Assembly (NCBI GenBank): GCA_963806185.1
Contig: CAWDXE010000006.1
Location: 64,001-128,000 of the forward strand
Source: an uncultured candidate division Zixibacteria bacterium
GTDB lineage: Bacteria; Zixibacteria; MSB-5A5; GN15; FEB-12
Direction of reading: 5' to 3'
Length of the DNA stretch: 64,000 bases
In this document: positions 53,353 through 62,985 of the stretch, in pieces
Numbering within the stretch: the first letter of the stretch is position 1
How the letters are laid out: every line of letters starts with the position of its first letter
Notes under the pieces: model-generated
What the model saw: only the letters and a program-made list of their open reading frames with translations
What the model was told of the DNA's origin: nothing
The model's database searches: none
Made by a program: the position numbers and the translations under genes

Positions 53353-54627
53353 CTAGAACGAATAGACCAGCCCCGCAGAAACCAGATAAACCCGGTTGTC
53401 CTGTCCGCGATCAGCGTACCAGTCCCATTCGGCCGATGTCAGCATGTCAAAGGACAACCGCCGCCCGATCTCCAGATCGCCTATCGCCGAAAACCGCAGG
53501 ACCGTATAATCGGCCTGAAATTCGTCTTCTGTTTTGACATTGCGCCTCGCCCAGACAGCCTCAATTGATCCAAAAAGCCCGGCTGCCTGCTGGTAGTCGA
53601 GCTTCGCCTTCCCTCCCAGTTCGAGGTAGTCCCCGGCCGCCAATTGCTCGGTCCCCTTTTCGTCCAGCCAGTCTATTGCCGGCCCGACGCCCAACTCCAA
53701 ACCGTCCCAAATCGGCCCCACCAGAGTGGCTGATTGCAGTCGCGTATAGTCGCTGCTGAAGGTCTCAGAGTCTCCAAAATTGGCCAACTCCAACTGGAGC
53801 TCCTCAGTCGTCTCCAGCCGGCCGCTCCAGACATGACGACACCGCGAGTCAAGATCGAAGCGCGTGTAGTCACCCCGCCCCTCAATCTCCTGTAGATTCC
53901 GCCGCTCCAGCCGGGCTGATACGTCGAGGTCGGTCTCGCCAAGCTCGCCCAGATAGGTAGTGGAGAGGCCGTAGCTGTCATAATTCAGGTCCGACGAATC
54001 GGCGACGCTTCGGTGGAGGAAGAATAGCTCACTACTGAGGATCGAGAGGCCTGCAAACGTTTGCATAACTCCCAGCGACCCGCCCCACCTATGGTAGCTG
54101 TAGACGTAGTCCGAAGACTGGTCGAACGACACGAAATCCGTCCTGAGCTGCCCGGTCAGCGAGAAGCTGCCCGACACGGGGTAGCCCAGTTTGACTCGCG
54201 AATCCCCGAGGAAATACTCATCTCCCGGCTTGGTCGAGTCGCGATAACGTATCTGCCTCGAGAGATCGGTAGTCCAACTCAGTTTGGCCCTCCGCCAGGA
54301 CGGCCGAATTTCCGATCGAAATTTTACACGCAATAGCTCGGGAGTCTGCTCCAGCGAGCCGCGAAGGTCATACCGGCCGGGCCGGTCTCTCCACCGTGCT
54401 TCGAGCATCGCCCTGAAATCATCCAGATAGGTTGTCTTGATGGTGGTGGCGACGGCCAGTGAATCGGCCGTAGAGCTGGTTAGCGAATCGTGGAAGAAAT
54501 CCTGCGAAAAGAAATCGTACCCCATCCCGGCACGAAAACGCCAACCGGAGGTTTGACCGTACAGATCGCTACCTCCGGCGGCAACTAGCGTCACAAGGAA
54601 GAAGAACAGACGGAAAAATCGAAACAA
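53353..54627 (-). CDS. Putative outer-membrane beta-barrel protein
   Basis: Signal peptide, alternating amphipathic strands, C-terminal AGLVYSF beta-signal. Confidence 0.7.
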   Translation of the reverse strand: MFRFFRLFFFLVTLVAAGGSDLYGQTSGWRFRAGMGYDFFSQDFFHDSLTSSTADSLAVATTIKTTYLDDFRAMLEARWRDRPGRYDLRGSLEQTPELLRVKFRSEIRPSWRRAKLSWTTDLSRQIRYRDSTKPGDEYFLGDSRVKLGYPVSGSFSLTGQLRTDFVSFDQSSDYVYSYHRWGGSLGVMQTFAGLSILSSELFFLHRSVADSSDLNYDSYGLSTTYLGELGETDLDVSARLERRNLQEIEGRGDYTRFDLDSRCRHVWSGRLETTEELQLELANFGDSETFSSDYTRLQSATLVGPIWDGLELGVGPAIDWLDEKGTEQLAAGDYLELGGKAKLDYQQAAGLFGSIEAVWARRNVKTEDEFQADYTVLRFSAIGDLEIGRRLSFDMLTSAEWDWYADRGQDNRVYLVSAGLVYSF

Positions 54628-54654
54628 TCGGCGATGGCCCCACTCAGCGATTGA

Positions 54655-55701
54655 TTAATGCGTGGCGCCAATATAATCGTCCACTTTGTCAATCGCAAGG
54701 TGAGCCGCTTGGAGCGAGGCTTCCGCCCCGGAGAGGTTGCCTGCCTCTATCTCCATTTTTGCCTTAGCCAACAACTCTCTGGCCTGGTCCAAAAGGGCCC
54801 GGGCTTGAGTGCCCGTATCGCCGGTAAGGCTTGTCACCGGCTCCGCCAGTCGATCCACGTCGCCCTTCAGCGCCTCGTAACGCTGACTGACCCGTGAAAG
54901 ATCACTGGCAGCCGTCCCTCCGCATTCGCGAATCGCCTTTTGGGCCAGGTCCCGTGCCGTTTGGAGTGCCTTGAGGGCCTGCGCCGCCTTACCGGCGGTG
55001 TTGAGCTCCTGAGCCAATTGAAGGTTCTTTTCAGCTTGCTCAGCAGCCGTCTTTCCAGCCTCGGAACTGCAGGCCTTGGCGGCGTCAGTCCCCCTGGCTA
55101 CCAGGTCGATCACTGTCGCCTCGCGGCGAATATACTGTTCCCGAATACGGTCAGCCCCCCTGGCCGCATCGAGAATGGTCCCTGCCGTTCGCTCCACCTG
55201 GTCGGCCAGCTTTATGGCCGGTCGATATTTCTCGCTTCGATAAAACTCCCACGCCCGATCCAGCGAATTGCGAGCGACCTGATACAGACTCTGCAGACGC
55301 GGTAGCTCTGCGTCCGCTATAGCCTGCTGAGCCAACTCCAATTGCTCCTCAGCTCGTTCCAGTCGCCGCTGCACTGTCCCTTCCTGATTCTCGCTTTGCT
55401 TGCTATTCGTCAGGGCGGTTCTAAGCAGTTTCCGAGCTTCGAGTGAGAGCTTCTTGGCAACGCCATACGCGCCCCGGTTAAAGGCCTCCCAGGCCTTGGC
55501 CTGAAGGTCGGTGGAACGGGCCAGAACGTCGAGCGCTATCGGATCGTTGGCGTCCCGAATAATCGGCGTGGCATAGTCGATCAACTGATCTGTCTGCTCC
55601 AGAATCACCCGGGCACCATTATCGCCGCTTTGCGCAAATGATGCTCCCGTCATCAATAGGAGCACGGATCCAAGAAGCACAAAAAATGTCGGTCGCCACA
55701 T
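54655..55701 (-). CDS. Secreted alpha-helical repeat protein
   Basis: Signal peptide ..ASFA; four ~75-80 aa repeats of L..A......A......G....A......AR. Confidence 0.7.
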   Translation of the reverse strand: MWRPTFFVLLGSVLLLMTGASFAQSGDNGARVILEQTDQLIDYATPIIRDANDPIALDVLARSTDLQAKAWEAFNRGAYGVAKKLSLEARKLLRTALTNSKQSENQEGTVQRRLERAEEQLELAQQAIADAELPRLQSLYQVARNSLDRAWEFYRSEKYRPAIKLADQVERTAGTILDAARGADRIREQYIRREATVIDLVARGTDAAKACSSEAGKTAAEQAEKNLQLAQELNTAGKAAQALKALQTARDLAQKAIRECGGTAASDLSRVSQRYEALKGDVDRLAEPVTSLTGDTGTQARALLDQARELLAKAKMEIEAGNLSGAEASLQAAHLAIDKVDDYIGATH

Positions 55702-55732
55702 ATTCACAGCACAATCCTCTTACGGAGAGTAT

Positions 55733-55838
55733 AACAAGCCCTGTGCCGATCAGATCGGCAACAATAACCTATTATCAAACAATATCTTAAACCAGAAAAA
55801 CAGATCAAGCACAAGTGCGGCCTGTACCGGCGGGTACA
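55733..55838 (-). promoter_or_regulatory. Putative sigma-54 promoter with upstream activator site
   Basis: Minus strand CGGCAC-AGGGC-TTGT (55748-55733; the -12 GC reads GT); TGT-N10-ACA palindrome TGTACCGGCGGGTACA (55823-55838); AT-rich spacer between them. Confidence 0.55.
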
Positions 55839-55872
55839 ACCTCACCGTCCCTTGCCGCACAACGGCCACGAC

Positions 55873-57201
55873 TTACCCCTTGATATCGTGAACTTTCATC
55901 CGGCTGTAGAGCCGGCGCCGGGTGATCCGCAGCAGCTTGGCCGCCTCCGTCTTGTTGCCACCAGCCCGCTCCAATGCTCCCAGAATCAACTGCTTTTCGG
56001 TCGCTTCCAGCCCCCTTTCACCCATGGGAGCATCATCAAGATCAAGCGGAGCATCATCGATTTCAAGTGAAAAGTCCTCGACCGACAGCGGCTCTCCGCC
56101 GGACAAAATGGCCGCCCGCTCCAGGACGTTTCGGAGTTCGCGGATATTCCCCGGCCAGTCGTATGCTGTCAATAGCTCGGTCACCGGCTCAGCCAGTTGC
56201 CAATGGGCAAATCCCTGACGCTGCAACATGTGCTCTGCCAACGCCACTACGTCGTTTACCCGCTCCGCCAGAGTCGGAATAGCAATAGGAAACACATTCA
56301 GTCGGAAATACAAATCCTCCCGAAATCCCCCGCGCTTGATCTCGTCCTTAAGATTCCGATTGGTCGCCGAAATGATGCGTACGTCTATGTCGACACTGTC
56401 AATCCCGCCCACCCGGACCAATTGCCGCTCCTCGATCACCCGAAGCAACTTCGATTGCATTCCGGGCGACATCTCGCCGATTTCGTCCAGGAATATCGTT
56501 CCCTTCTCCGCCAGCTCGAACCGCCCCCGTTTGCGCGCCTGCGCCCCGGTAAACGCTCCCTTTTCATGGCCGAAAAGTTCCGATTCCAATAGCGTCTCGG
56601 TGAGGGCCGCGCAATTGATCGCAATGAAGGCATTCTCCTTACGCCGGGAATGCTGATGAATCATCCGCGCCACCAGTTCCTTCCCGGTCCCCGACTTCCC
56701 GGTGATCAGCACCGAGGCATCCGTCGGCGCAACCTGATGAATCAGCTTCTTCACCTTCTCCGCGGCCGCCGACCGGCCGACAAACTCAGAGAGCAGCGAG
56801 GCCTCAGCCTGCTTTTCCAGATGCTCGACCATCGCCGCCTGGCGCTGTTGGGAGATCAGCCGATTGACCAGCAGGGCGAGTTCTTCGAGCGAAAACGGTT
56901 TGATCAGGTAGTCGGCCGCCCCCCGTTTCATCGCCTTTACCGCGCTTTCCACCGTCCCGTAAGCGGTCATGATGATCACCTCGGTGCCGGTTCGTTCGAG
57001 CGCCTTGTCGAGTATCGTCATGCCGGAGACATTCGGCATGGAAAGGTCGGTCACCACCACATCATATGAGTGCGTCTCGAGCATCTTCATGGCCACCTGC
57101 GGATCGGTGGCCGTGCTCACCCGATGCCCGGCATCTTCCAGCTCGCCGCACACGAGGGCGGTCATTTTCGGTTCATCGTCGACTACCAGTATCCGCGCCA
57201 T
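55873..57201 (-). CDS. Sigma-54-dependent response regulator (NtrC/ZraR family)
   Basis: Receiver domain; GKSGTGKE, ESELFGHEKGAFTGA, FLDEIGE and WPGNIREL motifs; Fis-type HTH. Confidence 0.95.
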   Translation of the reverse strand: MARILVVDDEPKMTALVCGELEDAGHRVSTATDPQVAMKMLETHSYDVVVTDLSMPNVSGMTILDKALERTGTEVIIMTAYGTVESAVKAMKRGAADYLIKPFSLEELALLVNRLISQQRQAAMVEHLEKQAEASLLSEFVGRSAAAEKVKKLIHQVAPTDASVLITGKSGTGKELVARMIHQHSRRKENAFIAINCAALTETLLESELFGHEKGAFTGAQARKRGRFELAEKGTIFLDEIGEMSPGMQSKLLRVIEERQLVRVGGIDSVDIDVRIISATNRNLKDEIKRGGFREDLYFRLNVFPIAIPTLAERVNDVVALAEHMLQRQGFAHWQLAEPVTELLTAYDWPGNIRELRNVLERAAILSGGEPLSVEDFSLEIDDAPLDLDDAPMGERGLEATEKQLILGALERAGGNKTEAAKLLRITRRRLYSRMKVHDIKG

Positions 57202-57203
57202 AG

Positions 57204-58533
57204 TCAGTGCATCGCTTTCTTGGGCAAATGGATGATCATGCGAGTTGACGAACCGGGACGACTGTCGACCGTCAGCTTGCCTCGCATTTCTTCAATGAGT
57301 CGTTTACTTAAGTACAGGCCCAGCCCGGAACCGGTTTGCTTGGTCGTATAGAACGGGGCAAAGATCCGCTTGGCTTCCTTCGCCGTCATGCCCGGCCCGT
57401 AGTCGATCACTACTATTTGTACTTCGTGCTGACGGTCGGTCACGTCCAGGCCCACTTTGATCGGCCGCTCCGCCGCCTGGCAAGCTTCCGCTCCGTTTAC
57501 CAGTAAATTCAATATAACCTGCCGCAACGCCCGGGGAAATCCCTCCATTGACAGCGCCGGTACCGGTGCTTCCTCCACCCACTGCGCCTGCTGGCCGGCG
57601 TACCGGGTGAGGAAGTGTTTCCGAATGGTGCTCACCATCTCCGCCAGATCATACGTTTCAGGCGTCTCGGTGGCAATCAGCGATTGCTCCGCTCGGGCAA
57701 AATTCAGATACCCGGTCACCAGCGCGTTAAGTCGGTCGGTCTCTTCAACGATATACTTCGCTTCCTCGGCCTGGTGCTTCTTGAAGAGGCGTTCGGCCGA
57801 CGCCCGGATGATGCCGAGCGGGTTCTTGACTTCATGCGCGACGACCGCCACCATCCGCCCCATGAACGAGTGCGTCTCGCCCATATACAATCGCTGTTCG
57901 ATCTGATTGAGGCGGCGCTGCAGGAGGAGGAATACCGCCCCAAGCATCAGCCCGCCCAGCATCGAGATCCCGGTCGCATACCAGAGGTTTTTTCGCAGGG
58001 CGGCCAGCGACGCGAAGTAGTCGACATTTGCTTCCACCCCCAGCACCGCCGCCACCGATCTATTCCGGTCGGTGATCGGTGCGAAGGCCGACTTCAGGAC
58101 GACCTCCCCCACCTGATACGATGGTGTGGCGATGGTCGCATGACTGGTGCCAAAGAACAGGGAGTCGATATATTTCCCGTTGAATGAGGCAAGAAAGTAC
58201 ACACTGTCGACTTCGACCTGCGTAGTGGCGAGGTAGTGAGAACCGTCGTCCAGAATGAACACCTCGGACAGCGAGTCCGACAACCGCAGCCGCTCCAGCC
58301 GACCGATGACCGAGGCGTACACCTCCAGATCATTGGCTCTGAGCTTGTCCAGCTCTTCCGTCTGGATACCGTCTGCTCCCACCTGCGCCAGCGCCGATAG
58401 ACCGCCGCGACAACTGGTTGTCGAGCATCACTTCGGTTTTCCGGTAGTAGAGCCACCAGGAGAGATTGACCAGGGCGATCAGGACGAGAGTAAAGACGGC
58501 GATGACAATCAGCCGGACGGAGGTAGTTCGCAT
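57204..58533 (-). CDS. Sensor histidine kinase (apparent frameshift near 58385-58400)
   Basis: AHEVKNPL, NLLVNG, DYGPG and FYTTK..GSGLGL motifs; the first TM helix lies in a separate ORF (58330-58533). Confidence 0.88.
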
Positions 58534-58588
58534 GCCGCAAAGAAGCGGTTCTCAGTTCGGCTTGGCAACAAGAGTTGTTGGGGGGGAT

Positions 58589-58912
58589 GTGCCGTCAGGC
58601 CCCCGTGCCTGACGGAATCCGTTGCGTCAGGTCCTGCGGCGATTCTTGTCGCCGTGTGACCTGACGCCTCACCCTACTCGCCCTCACCCCAACCCTCTCC
58701 CGGAGGGAGAGCAAGCAAGAGGGAATCTGTAGGGCAGCATCGATGCCCGCCGAGGGCGGGCAGATGCTGCCGGGGGGCCCATGAATTCCGAAAGATGGCA
58801 GCACCCGCTCGAAGACTCGCATCGGTGCTGCCCTACGTGATGGGTTCATTCCAATGGCCGGCGTACGTCTCGTGCGTCGGCGGGTGTGCCGTCAGGCCCC
58901 CGTGCCTGACGG
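58589..58912. repeat. Mosaic repeat cluster including a GTAG-type REPIN
   Basis: 58589-58740 is colinear with 36107-36265; REPIN 58729-58836 matches 43448-43558; GGCCGGCGTACGTCTCGTGCG (58855); second GTCAGGCCCCCGTGCCTGAC (58886). Confidence 0.9.
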
Positions 58913-60556
58913 TGGAGGAATGGGCAGCGTGTCGGGCCGAACTACATGCTGCCAAAGCCAAGAATCAAACCATCTCACAATGTCACTACTGAAACGATGT
59001 GGATAAATGACTAAAAACAGTGGTACCCAATGAGGATGCTTCTTCAACATTGCAGGCACAGTAATTCCACCGCATTCCTCAGCCATTTCCTGCAATTCCT
59101 GCCAGTCCATGGTGTATGGCGGTATGATGGTCGAGTTGTACCCAGTCGGTGTTCGCCACAACAGATATTGCCATGATTCATTAGGGTCGACTCGATGAAG
59201 CATAAGGTACGTGTAGAGCGGCCATTGCAGCTTCAGCTCACGTTTCCAGTTCATTCTTACGGCAAGATGCAATAGAGCTTCAGGAGTATAAGCGCTACCT
59301 TCGAAATTCTCGCTGATCTTCCCGTCAGCCAATCCGAGTTGAGAGAGCACGACAGACTCGCCGCTATAGTAAGGGGACGCCAAAGGGCATTTTGACCCCG
59401 GTTTGTTCGACGTGATTACAGCATCAAGGACACTCATAATTATTTGTTCGGGAGCTGGTGTAGAGTCTACCGTGCGAAGATACCAATAAGCCGCAACATA
59501 CGACGAGACAGCGCCCTCCCCCCATAAAGACATTTCTCTCAGATGCGAGCGAAGGAACCTTTGTATCATTCCATCAATTTCTTCACTGCAATGTTCAAGT
59601 GATCTGTTCCAGATACCGAAAGCACTCAGAACACCAACCAGGAAGGTCACGCGCAATGTATAGAATGGCTGATCGGGGAGTGCATTGCCCTCCAATAAGT
59701 GATCTCTCTTTCCAATCTCTTCGATTAGATTTTCAAAAGACTCAAGTACATACTGCTCTACTAATCGAAATGTGGAAGTCCAGTACTTCTGGGGGAGTTG
59801 ATGTTGCTCAATGACCGCAGATATATAGGCCAAAAAGAACACCCACACTTGTATCTTGGCACAGTGGTTGTTCTTCTCCTCGTACGAGGCTGAAGCAACA
59901 GCTGTAATTAAGGCTGAACTAGCTATGGCGCGAAAGAAACTTGCTTTGGAGGGGCTTTTTTCCCTTTCATTGAGAAAGGGCATCGAGTAACTCAACAGCC
60001 GTTCGAACTTTTCAGGGGAAGGTTCATTATTTCCCTCCTCGAGGTAGAGTTCGCCCAATATTCGGAAATCGCGCAATTCGCTCGGAAGAAGCGACCGCGA
60101 TAGCGCCAGAGTCATCGCCAAGAGTTTTCCTCGGGAAATGAGCTCAACCTGTCGCTCGGGAAAGCCCTTGTCGCGAAGACCACTATTAAAATTATTAATA
60201 GAGACTTGTATTTCTTCCTCGATGTCTGCGTTTACAACTAGGTAAGACCGATGCCAGCGAGCGCTCGCGAGACCAGGGTAGTTCACCTTCAGCATCACAA
60301 GATCCAACAGTTGTGATTCTGCTTCCCTCCAATCGTTTCTCGAAAATCGCTTGTTACTCGTGCTCTTGAGTTGGTACGCATGAATCTCGCCATCTGGGCT
60401 GACGCTAATCACGTCCTTGCCCTCCTCGAGGCCGGTATGCCGCGTGGAGTGAACAATTTCGTGTCCCTCGTTGATGAGCATGGCGCAGAAGGGCAACTGG
60501 TAACTTCGCTCTGTCGCACTATCCAACCAATTTTCGAGAAGCCTCTCTATCATCAA
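58892..60556 (-). CDS. Hypothetical protein with N-terminal PD-(D/E)xK (restriction-endonuclease-like) domain and helical C-terminus
   Basis: E..Y..PF...L...G...H...EEGKDVI..DG..HAYQLK motif; clearly lower GC than neighbours. Confidence 0.65.
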   Translation of the reverse strand: MMIERLLENWLDSATERSYQLPFCAMLINEGHEIVHSTRHTGLEEGKDVISVSPDGEIHAYQLKSTSNKRFSRNDWREAESQLLDLVMLKVNYPGLASARWHRSYLVVNADIEEEIQVSINNFNSGLRDKGFPERQVELISRGKLLAMTLALSRSLLPSELRDFRILGELYLEEGNNEPSPEKFERLLSYSMPFLNEREKSPSKASFFRAIASSALITAVASASYEEKNNHCAKIQVWVFFLAYISAVIEQHQLPQKYWTSTFRLVEQYVLESFENLIEEIGKRDHLLEGNALPDQPFYTLRVTFLVGVLSAFGIWNRSLEHCSEEIDGMIQRFLRSHLREMSLWGEGAVSSYVAAYWYLRTVDSTPAPEQIIMSVLDAVITSNKPGSKCPLASPYYSGESVVLSQLGLADGKISENFEGSAYTPEALLHLAVRMNWKRELKLQWPLYTYLMLHRVDPNESWQYLLWRTPTGYNSTIIPPYTMDWQELQEMAEECGGITVPAMLKKHPHWVPLFLVIYPHRFSSDIVRWFDSWLWQHVVRPDTLPIPPPSGTGA

Positions 60557-61113
60557 AGTCCCTTCGTTTTTTGGCTATAAGTGCCTCGAATTGCTTCTTA
60601 ATCTCCGGATCACTTTCAGACTCCACCATAATCTGCCTAAATCGTTCAGCCATTTGTGGCGCTGCTACTATTGTCGGCAGCTTGATTTTCCCGCTGCGAT
60701 CGAAGTCCATTTCGACATTCTCTAGCATATCGAGGAAATCGCGAGGTCCAAAACTCTCCCGACGAAATTGAAGGTCCTGCCCTTCTCATCGAGAAACTGC
60801 GAAATAGAAGAGAAGAAAGTGCGCTGCTGTTGTTCCGCTACCTGTTTCGCAATACTGTCGACAAGCTCCATCAACTTGGGTTGACCTCCTGCAATCAACT
60901 CGGACGGAGCGAAGGAGATTTGTCCGGACAATTTCATTAATGTGGGCTTTCATCGACTGCGCCGTCTGCCCGGATGACGCGCATCTTGTTCGCTTCAAAT
61001 GCCTTCGATTCAGAGATGCCCAAAACTGATATGAATGTTCTCGCCCGCGTATAGATGAGCTTGTCGATGGAGCGGAGGACGACTTCCTTTGACTTGGGGT
61101 AGTCTGGCAACAC
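60519..61113 (-). CDS. Hypothetical ~195 aa protein (two apparent frameshifts) overlapping the nuclease gene
   Basis: Manual join: GTG at 61113 MLPDYPKSKEVV..RADGAVDES / 60722-60937 KLSGQISF..LVDSIAKQVAEQQQRTFFSSI / 60519-60728 MLENVEMDFD..PTIVAAP..REASRKLVG. Confidence 0.6.
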
Positions 61114-61122
61114 GGCTTTACC

Positions 61123-61956
61123 CTACATCCTCTCCACGCACCCCGCGATCAGGTCACGAATTTCGGTTCGGTGCGCGAGGCTGTCCCGATCACATCCTGC
61201 AACGAGCACGGATGCATGTTGTCGGCCAGCCCCATATCGGTAATAATCGAGAACGCCAGATATCTTGCTCCTCTGATGATGCGCCGCGATCACCTCCGGC
61301 ACCGTCGACATCCCGACCGCGTCGCCGCCGATCGTCCGGAAAAACCGGTACTCCGCCGCCGTCTCCAGCGTCGGGCCGGTCAGCCCCACATACACGCCGG
61401 TCTGCAAGCGGCAAGTTTCTGCTCCAGCGCCACCTGCTTGGCGATCTCCTGATACTTGTGGTTGTAGACCTCGTACATGTCGGGGAAACGGTCGCCCCAC
61501 TTGTCGTCGTTCGGGCCGATCAGCGGATTGCCGGGAAAGAAATTGATGTGGTCCTTGATCAGCATGACGTCGCCCGCCTTGAAATTCGGGTTCATCCCGC
61601 CGGCGGCGTTGGACACAATCAGCGTCTCCATGCCGAGCATCTTCATCACCCGCACCGGAAACGCGATCTGCTGGAACGAATACCCCTCATAATAGTGGAA
61701 CCGCCCCTGCATGCAGACCACCGGTTTCCCCTTCAGGTGGCCGAACAAGAGCCGTCCGGCGTGCGACTCGACTGTCGACACCGGGAAATGCGGAATCTTG
61801 TCGTACGACACCGTGCCGGTCATCTGGATACCGTCGACCAGCGACCCGAGCCCGGTGCCGAGGATGATGCCGATCTGCGGTTTGAGTTTGATCTGCGATT
61901 GAATGTACGCTGGTGGCTTCGCCAAGCTGTTTGTGAATTTCTGCCCACGTCTGCAT
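61123..61956 (-). CDS. punA: Purine-nucleoside phosphorylase (family 2), several apparent frameshifts
   Basis: [41 protein letters not shown] and [12 protein letters not shown] spread over overlapping frames. Confidence 0.88.
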
Positions 61957-62050
61957 GTCTGTCTCCATTTGGGTATGTGTAATTATGTTTGTCGTTTACT
62001 CCTACGCTCACCAGTAAATGGTGGGGCACGGGAACTATGCGCCTCACCGG

Positions 62051-62221
62051 CCCTCACCCCAACCCTCTCCCAGAGGGGAGGGGGAGGAAGATGCGCTCGT
62101 GGCGCACGGGACGTACGCCACGCACGGAATGCACTCCGCCCACCAATCATGTTCGGCGTTTGCCGTGGCCGGCGTACGTCTCGTGCGCCGGCTTGTAAGT
62201 CAGGCTCCCTGCGAGCCTGAC
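62051..62221. repeat. Repeat cluster
   Basis: CCCTCACCCCAACCCTCTCCC (62051), GTGGCCGGCGTACGTCTCGTGCGCCGGC (62165-62192), GTCAGGCTC..GAGCCTGAC (62199-62221). Confidence 0.85.
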
Positions 62222-62961
62222 GATTGGTCCTTCGTGAAAATGAAATTCGCCGTGCAAGGAAGCATCCGCTGCAAGAACGTCAGGCGGCGAAGCACAAAAT
62301 AATACACTGTCTCCACCGGCCCCCGCTTCACCAGCGACGGATAGTAATCCACCCGGCAGTTCAAACCGGCCTGGCGCGCCATGCGGACGATGTCACCCGG
62401 TACCAGCACATCCTCGGGTACCGACGATCGCTTCTTTATCACCCGTCGATAGGCCAGCGGATACAGCACCTTAGGAGACGTCGGTTCATAAAACCAGCAG
62501 GCCGCGCCGGTCGGCTTCAGGATGCGGGCCATCTCGCGCAATGTCTGGGCGTGCGCCACAAAATGGTGTGCCGCCGCATAACAGAAGATCAGATCAACCG
62601 ACGCATCGGCCTCTTCAGTGGCATACCCCTTCGCGGCATAAGCCCGGTCGATCTTCACTTTCCAGATATGTTCCCATTTATTCACCGAGGCTACCGCGTC
62701 CGGGCTGATATCGGTGGCCACGACAATCGCGTCGGGGTGAAGGCGTTTCACGAAACACGACGCCCACCCTTGACCTGCGCCCAGCTCCAGAATCCGGCCC
62801 GTCAGGCGAAGTTCTGAGGCGTATCGACGAAGGCAGTCGAGCAGGATCTCCGCATCGGCAACTTTGGATATGACGTTCTCCACCGACTCAGACGTCGGCT
62901 TCTCCGCCGGCGAGTTACGCCAGAAAGCCAGTTCCCGGGCCTGCTTTTCCTCGATGCTCAC
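62200..62961 (-). CDS. Class I SAM-dependent methyltransferase
   Basis: ILELGAGQG, ATDISP, SVDLIF..AHH and RILKP..EP motifs. Confidence 0.85.
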   Translation of the reverse strand: MSIEEKQARELAFWRNSPAEKPTSESVENVISKVADAEILLDCLRRYASELRLTGRILELGAGQGWASCFVKRLHPDAIVVATDISPDAVASVNKWEHIWKVKIDRAYAAKGYATEEADASVDLIFCYAAAHHFVAHAQTLREMARILKPTGAACWFYEPTSPKVLYPLAYRRVIKKRSSVPEDVLVPGDIVRMARQAGLNCRVDYYPSLVKRGPVETVYYFVLRRLTFLQRMLPCTANFIFTKDQSSGSQGA

Positions 62962-62985
62962 GCTCGCTTCTCTCTCATCAAAGGT

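Noticed and set aside
62200..62961. Methyltransferase as the cognate DNA methylase of the nearby nuclease
   Set aside because: It lacks DNA-MTase motifs (DPPY/NPPY/PC), looks like a small-molecule class I MTase, and is separated from the nuclease by punA.
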